Shown piece by piece: positions 1-11,000 of a stretch of DNA of 64,000 nucleotides. Within the stretch, counting starts at the first letter, position 1, and each line of letters begins with the position of its first letter. The notes beneath the pieces are model-generated. The model did not search any database, had not been told where the DNA came from, and saw only the letters and a program-made list of their open reading frames with translations. The position numbers and the translations under genes were made by a program. Location of the stretch: positions 118,600 through 182,599 of the forward strand of contig JBMFSQ010000001.1 of NCBI GenBank assembly GCA_049967475.1, given 5' to 3'. This DNA comes from Chthonomonadales bacterium (GTDB taxonomy: Bacteria; Armatimonadota; Chthonomonadetes; Chthonomonadales; CAJBBX01).

Positions 1-2
1 CC

Positions 3-1088
3 GCCTTCGAAATCGAAGAAGGCGATGAAATCCGCATGCAGCCATGCCTCTCGCCGGTGTGGGACACGGCCATCACGCTCAATGCCCTCATGGATAGCGG
101 TCTCCCTCCGAGCCATCCTGCAGTTGTCAAAGGGGTTCAGTGGCTTTTGAGCAAACAGACCACGCACAAAGGCGACTGGGCGGTGAAGGTGAAGGGAGTG
201 GAACCCGGCGGCTGGTACTTCGAATACGAGAACGAGTACTATCCCGACGTGGATGACACAGTGATGGTTCTGATGGCGCTGTACAAGTATGCCTGTCCCA
301 ACGGTGAAGAATGGAGTTCGGCGCCCTCGCCGATCCGCGAAGCCATGCGAAAGGCGCTGGCCTGGGTCTTTGCCATGCAGAACCGTAATGGCGGCTGGGC
401 ATCCTTCGACAAAGACAACGACAAGATGATTTTGCAGTATGTGCCCTATGCGGATCACAACGCCATGCTGGACCCAGCTACTGAAGACATCACGGCACGC
501 ACCTTGGAGATGGCGTCGTATTACGGCTACACGTTGGAAGACGCAAGGATCCGTAAAGCCATCGAATTCCTGAAGCAGCGTCAAGAGGACGACGGCTCAT
601 GGTTCGGCAGGTGGGGCGTCAACTATCTGTACGGTACGTGGCAGGTTCTCCGCGGGCTTGCCCGGATCGGTGAGGATATCCGCAGCGCCATGTTTCAGCG
701 AGCGGCCGCGTGGATCAAGTCGGTTCAGAATGAGGATGGCGGATGGGGCGAGACGTGCCGCTCCTACGACGAACCGTTGGCCTTTAAGGCTAAGGGACCA
801 AGTACGGCTTCTCAAACCGCTTGGGCGCTTATGGGGCTCATCAACGCCGGTGATGTCCACAGCCCGGAGGTGCAAAGAGGGCTCGCTTACCTAGTGCGCA
901 CCCAGCGCCCCGACGGATCATGGGATGAGCCGTGGTTCACAGGCACCGGATTTCCCCGGGTGTTCTACTTGAGGTATCATCTTTACTGCCACTACTTCCC
1001 GCTGTGGGCGATGGGGCAGTATGCAGCCGCTACATCGGATACCGCCTCCAGTTCCGCTGATGGGCGGGAATGCAGGAACAGCGAATAG
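3..1088 (+). CDS. shc: Squalene-hopene cyclase, C-terminal part (5' end outside window)
   Basis: SPVWDT, catalytic DVDDT (DXDD) motif, QW repeats (QNRNGGW, QEDDGSW, QNEDGGW, QRPDGSW), GTGFPRVFYLRY; frame is open back to the window edge. Confidence 0.96.
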   Translation, partial: AFEIEEGDEIRMQPCLSPVWDTAITLNALMDSGLPPSHPAVVKGVQWLLSKQTTHKGDWAVKVKGVEPGGWYFEYENEYYPDVDDTVMVLMALYKYACPNGEEWSSAPSPIREAMRKALAWVFAMQNRNGGWASFDKDNDKMILQYVPYADHNAMLDPATEDITARTLEMASYYGYTLEDARIRKAIEFLKQRQEDDGSWFGRWGVNYLYGTWQVLRGLARIGEDIRSAMFQRAAAWIKSVQNEDGGWGETCRSYDEPLAFKAKGPSTASQTAWALMGLINAGDVHSPEVQRGLAYLVRTQRPDGSWDEPWFTGTGFPRVFYLRYHLYCHYFPLWAMGQYAAATSDTASSSADGRECRNSE

Positions 1089-1151
1089 GGGGCGCGCAGG
1101 TTCACTCCTGCATCCGCCCGCCGCATTCACCAGGAGAGCGAGGATCCAACT

Positions 1152-2153
1152 ATGCGTTTCCCGATGGGCTTCACCCTGGCGCAGACCAGGCATCGTGCCC
1201 GGATGCAGCGTCTGGGCCGTCGCCGGTATCCCAGCGTCCTCATGCTCGAACCCCTCTACACGTGCAACCTCGCATGCATGGGGTGCGCCGTGGAGCGACA
1301 CACCGGCAAACTCTCGGACCGTCTTTCCCTGGAAGAGTGCTTCAAAGCTGTGGATGACTGCGGTGCACCCATCATCAATCTGTGCGGCGGCGAGCCTACG
1401 CTCTATCCTGAATTGCCGCAACTGGTGGAGGGCCTCATCCAACGCGGCAAGTACGTGCTCTGCTGTTCGAACGCTTTGAAGCTGGATGTTAAGGTTTTCA
1501 ACGTGATCCCGCCCCATCCCCAGTTCTTCCTTATGATCCACTTGGATGGGATGCGCGAAACGCACGACATGGTGTGCCGACGCGAGGGCGTATTCGACAA
1601 GGCTGTGGAAATGATCAAGCAGGGAAAGAAGCTCGGCTATATCATGATGATCAATACCACCGTCTACAAGGAGACGGACGTGGCCGAGATCGAAGAACTC
1701 TGCCGCCTGTCTGAGGAACTCCACACGGACGGCATCCTCATCTCGCCGGGATACGAGTATGAGAGCGTGGAAGAAGATGTGTTCCTCACACGCGAGCAGA
1801 TGCACGCCAAGTTTCAGCAGATCCTCGGCTTTGCCGACCGGTACAAGATCAGCTCCACGCCCTACTTCCTGGAGTTTGCTGCAGGAATGCGCGAACTGCC
1901 CTGCGCTCCCTGGTCTACGGTCAATTATACGCCCAACGGCTGGAAGGCCCCGTGCTACCTCGTGGGAGAGAAGTACACCAAGGATTGGAACGAGTTTTGG
2001 GAGAAGACGGACTGGGAGTATTGGGAGAGCCGCAAAGATCCCAAATGCGCTAATTGCAAGATGCACAGCGGCTTCGAGCATAGTGCTGTAGAAGAAGCGA
2101 TGAAGACGTGGAAGGGCCGCCTCCAGCTTGCAGCGTGGTCGTTCTCCAAGTAG
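1152..2153 (+). CDS. hpnH: Adenosylhopane synthase-type radical SAM protein
   Basis: VLMLEPLYTCNLACMGC (CxxxCxxC), GGEP, C-terminal PCY and CANCKMHSGFE typical of HpnH; directly follows shc. Confidence 0.88.
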   Translation: MRFPMGFTLAQTRHRARMQRLGRRRYPSVLMLEPLYTCNLACMGCAVERHTGKLSDRLSLEECFKAVDDCGAPIINLCGGEPTLYPELPQLVEGLIQRGKYVLCCSNALKLDVKVFNVIPPHPQFFLMIHLDGMRETHDMVCRREGVFDKAVEMIKQGKKLGYIMMINTTVYKETDVAEIEELCRLSEELHTDGILISPGYEYESVEEDVFLTREQMHAKFQQILGFADRYKISSTPYFLEFAAGMRELPCAPWSTVNYTPNGWKAPCYLVGEKYTKDWNEFWEKTDWEYWESRKDPKCANCKMHSGFEHSAVEEAMKTWKGRLQLAAWSFSK

Positions 2154-2265
2154 CTCAGTCGGCGCAGATGCCACAGCCATGCGGCAGGAGCGGCCGGCAA
2201 AATAGTTCCGCCGCATGCTTAGGCGCACGAACCCGCTTCGTGCCGGCCGTAGTTGACGCAAGGCG

Positions 2266-3255
2266 ATGACCGTACTCATTACCGGCGCAGGCGGCTTCGT
2301 GGGCGGGCACGTGGTCCGCAGCTTTCTAGAGCACGGATATTCCGTCCGCGCATTTGTACGTCCCTCCAGCCGAACAGACCACCTTACCGCCCTGGATGTG
2401 CCTCTCGTCTACGGGGACTTGCGGGATCCCTCTTCGCTTTCTTCGGCGCTGTGCGGGTGCAGCGTGCTGGTACATGTTGCCGCTGACTACCGCCTTTGGG
2501 CGCGCCGTCCGTCTGAGCTGTATTCGAGTAACGTGGACGGAACGCGCTCCCTTCTCCGGGCAGCCCTCGAAGCCGGCGTCGAGCGTGTGGTGTACACAAG
2601 TACTGTAGGAACTCTGGGCATTCCAAAGGACGGCAAACCTGGGACTGAGGATACCCCTGTGTCCCTCAAGGACATGGTTGGGCATTACAAGCGCAGCAAA
2701 TTCCTTGCCGAAGAGGAGGTCCGGCGTTTTTACGCTGAGCACCGTTTGCCCATTGTGATCGTGAACCCCAGTACGCCCGTGGGAGAGGAGGATGCCAAAC
2801 CGTCTCCTACGGGAAAGATGATCGTGGACTTTCTCCGTGGGCGCATGGTGGCGTATATTGACACCGGATTGAACCTGGTAGACGTGCGGGATGTGTCGGA
2901 AGGGCACGTGCTTGCTCTGGAGCGCGGCATCCCGGGTCAGCGATACATCTTAGGCAACCGGAACCTTACGTTACGTGGTATATTCCATATGTTGGCGGCT
3001 GTAACGGGTCTCCCGGCACCAAAGGTTCGGCTTCCCTACTGGGTGGCGTACGCAGCGGGATGGGTGGACACGTTGGTCGAAGGAGGGCTGCTGGGGCACG
3101 AACCTTCCATTCCTTTGGAGGGGGTCCGGATGGCCCGGAAGCGGATGTTCTTCGATGCATCCCGCGCCGTTCGGGAACTCGGGTTGCCTCAGTCGCCGGT
3201 TGAGGAGGCATTGGCGCGCGCGGTGTCCTGGTTCCGCAGTCGCGGGTATGCGTAG
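2266..3255 (+). CDS. hpnA: Hopanoid-associated NAD-dependent epimerase/dehydratase
   Basis: ITGAGGFVG Rossmann motif, HVAADYRLW, YKRSK, VNPSTPVG, PTGKMIVDFL. Confidence 0.9.
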   Translation: MTVLITGAGGFVGGHVVRSFLEHGYSVRAFVRPSSRTDHLTALDVPLVYGDLRDPSSLSSALCGCSVLVHVAADYRLWARRPSELYSSNVDGTRSLLRAALEAGVERVVYTSTVGTLGIPKDGKPGTEDTPVSLKDMVGHYKRSKFLAEEEVRRFYAEHRLPIVIVNPSTPVGEEDAKPSPTGKMIVDFLRGRMVAYIDTGLNLVDVRDVSEGHVLALERGIPGQRYILGNRNLTLRGIFHMLAAVTGLPAPKVRLPYWVAYAAGWVDTLVEGGLLGHEPSIPLEGVRMARKRMFFDASRAVRELGLPQSPVEEALARAVSWFRSRGYA

Positions 3256-3287
3256 CGGGACCTTTGGCGGATAGGTGGAGGTGGATC

Positions 3288-4211
3288 GTGGAAGTGTCCA
3301 CGCGGCGGAAGGTGATCATGGCCCGAGAGGTGGGCTTCTGCTTCGGGGTGAAGCGGGCCATCAACCTCACTCGGCAGGCTCTAGCAGAACGTCCCAAGGT
3401 GTTTATTCTCGGCGACCTGGTCCATAACAAGCGCGTAACCGACGAGCTGGAGTCAAAAGGGCTCAAGAAGGTTGAGGATCTGGACTGGCCTTCCACAGGG
3501 ACAATGGTGGTACGTGCCCACGGATTGCCCAGGGCGAAGCTGAGCGAAGCCCGCAGCCGCGGCGTTGATATCGTGGATGCTACGTGCCCCATCGTGTTGC
3601 GCGCTCAAGAAGCAGCCCAATCCCTCGAAGCGCGTGGATGCCAAGTGGTGATCATCGGCGATAGGAACCATGCCGAGATCAAAGGGATCTTGGGCGCCCT
3701 GAAGAACCCGGCCCTCGTGATTGACAGCGTCCAGGAACTGCGGGAAGCCAAGGCTCAGCACCGCCTGTTGCGCAAGGTGGGTGTGATCTTTCAGACTACA
3801 CATGCTTTGGAGCTGTGCCGAGAGGTCCTCAACGAACTCATCTTCATGTGCAAAGAGGTTCAGGTCATCAATACGATTTGCCGGCCTGTGCAGAACCGGC
3901 AGGACGAAGCCATAGATCTTGCCGCGCGGGTAGATTTGATGATCGTGGTGGGCAGCCGCACCAGCGCGAACACCGTGGAGCTGGCCGCACTCTGCCGCTA
4001 TCACAATCCCTATACGCTGCAGATACAAAACGCCGATGAACTCGCCGTGGAAGATTTCGCGTGGGCGGAAACGGTGGGAATTGCCTCCGGGCTCTCTACG
4101 CCGGAGGATCTTGTGGAGGCTGTGCGCCACAAGGTAGCCTCCTATGAGGGTCCGGTAGAGCCTCATCGCAAGCCCGCTCCAGAACGCTACTTCGTTGCCT
4201 CCCATTCTTGA
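3288..4211 (+). CDS. ispH: 4-hydroxy-3-methylbut-2-enyl diphosphate reductase
   Basis: GFCFGV, VHN, RAHG, DATCP, HAE, QTT, NTIC, SAN; all three Fe-S cysteines present; GTG at 3288 follows GGAGG. Confidence 0.92.
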   Translation: MEVSTRRKVIMAREVGFCFGVKRAINLTRQALAERPKVFILGDLVHNKRVTDELESKGLKKVEDLDWPSTGTMVVRAHGLPRAKLSEARSRGVDIVDATCPIVLRAQEAAQSLEARGCQVVIIGDRNHAEIKGILGALKNPALVIDSVQELREAKAQHRLLRKVGVIFQTTHALELCREVLNELIFMCKEVQVINTICRPVQNRQDEAIDLAARVDLMIVVGSRTSANTVELAALCRYHNPYTLQIQNADELAVEDFAWAETVGIASGLSTPEDLVEAVRHKVASYEGPVEPHRKPAPERYFVASHS

Positions 4212-5025
4212 ACCGGTCTGCATCCTCACCGCGGTACGGGAGGAACTGCGTCCCGTATGCAGAAGGATGCGGGACGTTCAGTGGGATGCCATTTCAGCGC
4301 CGAACCCCGACGCCGCCTCCCGGCAGCCTCCTTTGCGTTGTTGTGTAGGGACACTGGCCGGTGTCGCAGCGGTTGCAACGCGGACTGGCATGGGAGTGCG
4401 TCGTGCAGGCCAGGCAGCCCAGCACCTCATCCGGTGGTGTCAGCCGCGGTATCTGATTGTGGCGGGATTTGCCTCGGGGCTTCGCAGCGGTCTTGCTCCG
4501 GGTACTGTCGTCATAGCGAGCGAAGTTTTGTGGTCGCCTGGAGGCCGGGAAGGGGAGCAGGCGGGTCGCCATGGGCTTTTGGAGCGGGCCCAGCCGCATC
4601 CTATTCTTTTGGATGCAGCCCAGCGGATCTTGGCGGCCCACCCGGTAGAAGTGGGCGGGCTGCTCACGCTGGATTACCTTTTGCTGGATCCTTCGGCGAA
4701 GGCCACAGCCGCCCGCCTCGCTCCTTCGGCAATCGCCGCAGATATGGAGACCGCCGGAGGGGTGGTTGCCGCATTGGAAGCCGGCATCCCGTGGATCGCG
4801 CTCCGGTGCATCACGGATGGTGCCTCGGACCGGTTGCCGCTGCGCTTCGACCGGTATCTTGGTGCGGACGGCGAAGTCGCCCCCGCCAAGCTGCTTGGAG
4901 CCGTTCTGCGCGAACCCTCCAGTGTCCCAGGTCTGGTACGTTTGGGGGCGAGGTCCCTGCGCGCCGCAGGGAAACTGGCGGCCTTCGTCGAAGCATTCCT
5001 TCAGACTTTGCGCGGCAGGGAATAG
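4195..5025 (+). CDS. Nucleoside phosphorylase-family protein, HpnG-like
   Basis: TGMG, AGFASGL, ADMETA, LRCITD (PNP/MTAN fold motifs); hopanoid context; start uncertain. Confidence 0.75.
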   Translation: MPPILEPVCILTAVREELRPVCRRMRDVQWDAISAPNPDAASRQPPLRCCVGTLAGVAAVATRTGMGVRRAGQAAQHLIRWCQPRYLIVAGFASGLRSGLAPGTVVIASEVLWSPGGREGEQAGRHGLLERAQPHPILLDAAQRILAAHPVEVGGLLTLDYLLLDPSAKATAARLAPSAIAADMETAGGVVAALEAGIPWIALRCITDGASDRLPLRFDRYLGADGEVAPAKLLGAVLREPSSVPGLVRLGARSLRAAGKLAAFVEAFLQTLRGRE

Positions 5026-5141
5026 GCGTACAGCGCGGTTTGCACGGTGCGGACCAGGCCCGCTTTGCGATTGTTGGGGTAAGAAACAACACGCAGCGGG
5101 CGGTTGACCATCCTTCTCGCGCAGGACGCACGGCGGAAGCC

Positions 5142-6488
5142 ATGTTAGGAAACCCTCTGGTCGTTGCGTTCTTGCACTTTTGCGCACCCATTTGGATGCC
5201 GCCCCAGGCGCGGCTTACGGTGGAGGATGCGGTGCGCATCGCCTTGGTGCAGAGCCCTAAGCTCAAGGCAGCCCGCATGGAACTGGAGGCTCAGCAGAGC
5301 CAGGCAGACCGCGAACGCCCTGTTGCCCGGCCTACCGTGTCCGCTCGGGCCGAAGGCACGCTGCAGGGCCCGCGCGTTACCTTTCCCCGGGCGGGGAGCG
5401 GAGATGTGACCGTGCTTCCCGAGCGGTATGGTCAGGTGGCGCTTTCTGTGGAGCAGCCGCTCTTTAGAGCCGGGATACGCGCGGCGGGGATGCGCTTCGC
5501 CGCGCAGACCCAAGCGAACCTTTTGGAACTGCGCCGGCAGGAGAACGACCTGGCGCTGGAAGTGCGCAAGGCGTTCTACGCCGTGCAAACAGCGGAGGCC
5601 ATGAGCGACACGGCTCGCAGCGGCGCGGACTTGGCCAGGAAGCACTTGGAACTTACCCGCGTGATGCTTCAGGCAGGAACGGCTTCGGAGCGTGATGTGA
5701 AAGCTTCGGAGGCGGACGTTGCCCAAGCTGAGCAAGGGGTTTATGAGGCGGAGGCGGGTGTGCTTCTGGCGCGAGCCAACCTGAACCGCCTTTTGGGGCG
5801 AGATCCCGCTACTCCAATAGAATTGGTGCCGGCGGGGATGCCGGCGCATATCCCGGCATCTGCCGGGCCCGGTATTGAGCAGGCGCTCAAGCAGCGGCCG
5901 GAGCTTCTTCTTTTAGAAGAGGAATTGAAGGCTGCCAAGGCAGGCGCTGTGCTTGCGGCATCGCAGGACAAACCCGGCATCTCGATGCGTGCGGTGGCGC
6001 AAACCCAAACGCCATCGGCATTTGTTCGCTCGAGCTACTTTGCCGCCGGATTGGTTCTGAATTGGACGCCCTTCGATGGAGGCAAAACTCGGGCCGATGT
6101 GCGTGAAGCGCGTGCGCGGGCAGCGCAGCTCGAGGCCCTTTTGGAAGACGCGAAATTGGGCATCCGCGTGGATGTGGAGAAGGCAGTGGCCGACGCTCAG
6201 GAAGCACTTCACAGCATCGAGGCGGCAGATCGCCAGATTGCCGCAGCCCAAGCAGCGGCAGACGTGTCGGAACTTCGGTATCAGGCGCGGTCCGCTACCC
6301 AGATTGAGGTGTCTGCGGCGATCTTCAATGTAACAAAGGCGCGTTCCAACCGGGTGCAGGCCCTCGGCAACCTGCTGACGGCGCTGGCGGAATACGATCA
6401 TGCCGTCGGTGCGGAGGTGGCCCCATCGGCGGAAGCTCGAGGCACACCCGCTCACCGCGGAGAAGGCGCTTTGGGGGCCGGTAAATAG
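5142..6488 (+). CDS. TolC-family outer membrane efflux protein
   Basis: LTVEDAVRIALVQSP, EQPLF, LNRLLG, RPEL, WTPFDGG, RYQA repeats of the OEP fold; followed by MFP and RND genes. Confidence 0.88.
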   Translation: MLGNPLVVAFLHFCAPIWMPPQARLTVEDAVRIALVQSPKLKAARMELEAQQSQADRERPVARPTVSARAEGTLQGPRVTFPRAGSGDVTVLPERYGQVALSVEQPLFRAGIRAAGMRFAAQTQANLLELRRQENDLALEVRKAFYAVQTAEAMSDTARSGADLARKHLELTRVMLQAGTASERDVKASEADVAQAEQGVYEAEAGVLLARANLNRLLGRDPATPIELVPAGMPAHIPASAGPGIEQALKQRPELLLLEEELKAAKAGAVLAASQDKPGISMRAVAQTQTPSAFVRSSYFAAGLVLNWTPFDGGKTRADVREARARAAQLEALLEDAKLGIRVDVEKAVADAQEALHSIEAADRQIAAAQAAADVSELRYQARSATQIEVSAAIFNVTKARSNRVQALGNLLTALAEYDHAVGAEVAPSAEARGTPAHRGEGALGAGK

Positions 6489-6510
6489 CCTTGGATCGAG
6501 AGATGACGCG

Positions 6511-8043
6511 TTGAAGCGGTTTGTGCATAGCATCCTTTTGCTGGCGGTGTTGGGAGCGGCGTTAGCGTACTTCCTGCGTGCCCAGCAGCCCCAGCGGCAT
6601 CCTGCTCCGTTGTTACCCCAGGGTCACGCGAACGATGCCATCCCCGTGACCGTTGCCACGGCGCGGCACCGCGCGCTTCAACGGACCCTCACCGTAATAG
6701 GGGTGGTACGTCCCGATCATCAATCCTCCATCACGGCGAAAGTGCCCAGCCGCGTTGCTGCAGTTTATGTGCATGGCGGGGAATTCGTTCGTGCGGGAGA
6801 TATGCTGGCACGCCTGGATATTGGGGACGCCGCTGCGCAGATCGAGGCGGCCCAAGCCGGTGTTGATGCTGCAGAAGCGCAGTACCGGAAGGCCGTGGAA
6901 GGGAAGACTGCCCGCTTGGTAGAAGTGGACGCCAGCATCGCCGGGGCCCTGGCAGGATTGCGGACCGCGCTTGCCAAAGAGCATCAGGCAGAACTGGGTG
7001 TGACGCTCACATCGGATGCCGCAGCGTCGGATGCGGAGAGGGCGGCGGCAGGCGTAAAGCAAGCGCAGGCAGGCCTCAGCCAGGCGGAAGTGGGGTTGCA
7101 GCAAGCCCAGGATTTGGTGCGGCGGTTGCGCTTCTTGTATGCCCACGGAGGCGTAGCTCGAGCCGATTTGGAGGGCGCCGAAGCTCAGGCTGAGATTGCC
7201 CGAGCCCAGCGGGATGCAGCCGCGGCGGCCCTTCAGCAAGCGAGAGCGGCAGAACCCCCCGCCTCCAAAGCTGTGAACCTTCGCCGGGAGGTGAGTGAGG
7301 GGGATGTCGCCGCGGCGAAGGCCGGCGTGGAGCAGGCGCGCAAGGGGCTTCGCGCGGCCTATGCCGCGAAATCGGCCGCACTTAGGCTAGCAGATCAAGA
7401 CATCCGCGCGGCCCGCGCCGCCTTGCTGCAAGCGAAGGCGCAACTCGCCCAGGCCAAAGCTCAGGTGGGCGGTTCCGTGCTCCGCAGCCCCATAACGGGT
7501 GTGGTAACCGACCTGTCTGCCCATGCTGGGGACATGGCGCAGCCCGGGATGCCCCTCATGACCGTTGTGGCAGCGTCGCCGGTACACGTGGAGGCGGAGG
7601 TTCCTGCGCGATACGCATCTCGCCTCAAGCCGGGGCTCTCCGCCCGTGTCAACCTCGAGGGCCGGCTCGATGCCCCGCTGGCCGCCGTGCTCACCCAGGT
7701 GCTGCCCATCGCCTCCCCCGACGGCCGCACGGTGCCGATCCGCTTGGAGTTCACCTCAAGTGCCCATGCATCGCCGGGGCTCATGGCCAAGATCGTGATT
7801 GACCTGCCGGTGGATCAACGTGCTGTTTCGATCCCAATGGATGCCTTGAGGACTGAGGGAGACACGTACTATGTGTACATCGTGGAAGGATCCCACTGTG
7901 CGCGGCGCAACGTAGACGTAGCAGTTGTGGAGGGGCAGTACGCGCAGATCTCGGGCGGGCTCCAGAGCGGCGACCGCGTAATCGTGACCTCCGAGGCTTC
8001 GATCGAGCCCGGCATGCCCGTTAAGGTAGTGGGTCGCCGATGA
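6511..8043 (+). CDS. RND periplasmic adaptor (MFP) with a very long helical hairpin
   Basis: N-terminal TM, lipoyl halves (GEFVRAGDMLARLD; LRSPITGVV...GDMAQPG), ISGGLQSGDRVIV; TTG start approximate. Confidence 0.88.
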   Translation: MKRFVHSILLLAVLGAALAYFLRAQQPQRHPAPLLPQGHANDAIPVTVATARHRALQRTLTVIGVVRPDHQSSITAKVPSRVAAVYVHGGEFVRAGDMLARLDIGDAAAQIEAAQAGVDAAEAQYRKAVEGKTARLVEVDASIAGALAGLRTALAKEHQAELGVTLTSDAAASDAERAAAGVKQAQAGLSQAEVGLQQAQDLVRRLRFLYAHGGVARADLEGAEAQAEIARAQRDAAAAALQQARAAEPPASKAVNLRREVSEGDVAAAKAGVEQARKGLRAAYAAKSAALRLADQDIRAARAALLQAKAQLAQAKAQVGGSVLRSPITGVVTDLSAHAGDMAQPGMPLMTVVAASPVHVEAEVPARYASRLKPGLSARVNLEGRLDAPLAAVLTQVLPIASPDGRTVPIRLEFTSSAHASPGLMAKIVIDLPVDQRAVSIPMDALRTEGDTYYVYIVEGSHCARRNVDVAVVEGQYAQISGGLQSGDRVIVTSEASIEPGMPVKVVGRR

Positions 8044-8095
8044 TGCTGCGCCCGATGGAGCCTGCTACCCCGATTTCTCAGAGGTAAGCAGCACC

Positions 8096-11000
8096 GTGTG
8101 GCTCACCAAACTGGCAATCGCCCGACCCGTCGTCATATGGATGGCCCTGGCTGCAGTAGCCATCCTGGGGGTCTTGGCGTATCTTCGCCTGCCTGCCGAT
8201 CTCAACCCACAGGTAGATATCCCTACGGTCACCGTCGTGACCGTGTACCCTGGCGCGGGGCCCCGGGAAGTTGAGGCTTTGGTAACCAAACCGCTCGAGG
8301 ACGCGGTGGGCTCCGTCAGCGGTGTGAAGGATGTTTTCTCCAGCTCCCAAGAAGCCGTGTCCATCATCAGTATGGATCTGGTGGTGGGGACGGATATGGA
8401 TCGGGCGGTAGCCGCGATCCGGGAGAAAGTAGACGCTGCCCGCGCCCTCCTTCCCGACGGAGCACAGACCCCCGTTGTGGCGCGCCTGGATATCAATGCT
8501 CAGCCGGTGCTCTATCTGGCTGTAACCGCCGATCGGCCGCTTTCGGAATTGTGGAATACCGTCAACGACGTGCTGAAGCCGCGACTGGCACGGGTAGTTG
8601 GTGTAGCTTCGGTTACAGTGCTGGGCGGTGAGCGCCAGGAAGTTCGGGTGGATGTGAGCGCTCGCAGGCTGGAAGAATATGGAGTTACCCTGGAAGACGT
8701 GGTCAACGCGGTGAAGGCAGGCAGTCAGAATGTACCGGGCGGCTCCGTGGAGCAGGGGCGACGACAGATTGGGGTGAGGACGCTGGCGGCATTTACGCGG
8801 CTGGAAGAGATACGCCAGGCCCAGATCCTTTCACCTGCTCTGATGATGGCGTCCCCTCCGCTCTTTCCGGGTATGGTGCCCGGCTCCTTGAAGCCCGCCC
8901 TGCCGGCACCGGTGACCATTGGGGATGTGGCGCGGGTATATGAAGCCCCTCAGCGCCCCAGAACCCTGACACGCGCCAATGGGCGGCCCAGCATCGGCAT
9001 CGTCATCACCAAAACAGCGGATGCCAATACGGTAAGCGTGGTGGACGGGGTCAAACGAATGCTGGCCCAGTTGAGGCCGACCCTTCCACCGGATGTGCGG
9101 TTCATAACTTCCCGCGATGACGCGGGGGTGGTTCGTGACGCCCTCAATGACGTGGATGCCACTTTGGTTCTGGGTGCAATCCTCGCCATGCTCGTGGTAT
9201 TCGTGTTCCTCCACAATATCAGGGGAACCGTCATTGTTGCGTTGGCGCTGCCGGCATGTATGGTAGCCACGTTCCTTGCCATGTATTTCGCGCATTTCAC
9301 GCTCAACCAAATGACGCTGCTGGCCTTATCCCTTTCCGTAGGCATCCTGATTGACGACAGCATCGTGGTTCTGGAGAGCATCACCCGACACCTTGGCAGG
9401 GGCGAGACTCCAACAGAGGCAGCCTATAACGGGCGAACGGAAATCGGCTTCGCCAGCGTTACCCTCACGCTTTCGGATGTAGTGGTCTTCCTACCCATCG
9501 CCTTCATGGGCGGCATCGTGGGGGCGTTCTTCCGGCAGTTCGGGCTTACGGTAGTGGCTGCGACCCTCTTTTCGCTGGTGGTGTCCTTTACATTGACACC
9601 CAGCTTGGCTTCCCGCTGGTATCGGCAGGGGGAAGACCCAGAGCATCCGCGCGGCGGCATCTTCTTCACCTTTGAAGCTTGGTACCGCCGTGTGACGCTG
9701 GGTTACCAGCGGTTGCTCCACGGGGCGCTGCGTCACCGGACTGCGGTGCTCGCATGGGCAACCGTGCTCCTGATCGCCGCAGCGCTGGTTATTGCACCGT
9801 CATTGGGCTTCGAGTTTTTGCCGGCAACAGATCAGGGGCAGATCGTGGTCACTGCGGAGCTTCCGCCGGATGCGTCGTTGGAAGCCACAGATCGAATTGC
9901 GCGGAAGATCGAGGCTCGTCTTGTCGGTCAACCGGACGTAGAGAATTATGTTACGACCGTAGGGCAGATCCTTGGCGGCTTTGGCGCAATTCCCCAGCAG
10001 GGTCCGCAGTATGCCCAAATCAACGTGAGGCTATGGAACCGTGCCGGCTTGTTGGAGCGCCTTCTGGCCCTCGGCAGAACACCTCCCCACACGCGCACCC
10101 GTACCGACGCTCAGGTAGTTGAGGCCATCCGATCATCGCTGAGCGGCATCGCCGGAGCGCGCATCACCGTAGCACCCGTGCGGACCGTTGCCAACGTAGG
10201 GCCACCCGTTCAGATACAGCTTCGGGGGGCGGACCTAAATGACCTTACGAGTGCCGCTACTCAACTTCGCGATCGGCTGCGGCAGATGCCCGGCGTTTTC
10301 GATGCGGACATCTCGGTGCGACCGGGGCGCAGCGAGCTGGCCGTCAGAGTGGACCGCGTGAAGGCCGCTGCCATGGATTTGCCGCCGGCTGAGGTCGGCC
10401 TAATGGTGCGGGATGCACTGGAAGGTAATGCCGAGAGTGTGCTTCGCGAGGGAGGCACCGAGAAGCCCATCCGCGTGGAGTTGGCCGATATTGACCGCAA
10501 CGACCGCGAGGATATGGTGCGCCTGCCTGTGGGTGTGAGCCAGGGAAGGGCAGTGCTTCTGGGCCAGGTATCCGATTTCAACATGGAGACCGCGCCGACG
10601 GCGATAGACCGCATCAATGGGCAGCGGATGGTGACCGTGACCGCCAACCTTGCTCCCGGATACGCTTTGGGCACGGCGCAGGCAGACATTGATGCCCGGC
10701 GAGCGGACATCCCCATGCCTGGCATCGAGGTGCATTGGGGCGGAGAGACCGAAGCGATGCAGGAGAATGCAGGGTATTTCGCCATGGCCCTGGGGCTTGC
10801 CGTGGTCTTGGTCTATCTGGTGATGGCGTCTCTGTTCAATTCACTTCTGAACCCCTTCGTCATCATGTTCACACTTCCCATGGCGCTGGTAGGCGGATTG
10901 GGAGCGCTGGCTCTAACGGGAAGCACACTTTCGCTGGTAGCCATGATCGGCATCATCATGTTGGTAGGGCTCATGGGGCGCAACGCCATCTTGTTGATTG

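Noticed and set aside
4257..5141. N-terminal 295 aa of the 743-aa ORF
   Set aside because: Overlaps the hpnG-like gene in another frame and has no protein-like character; TolC most likely starts at 5142
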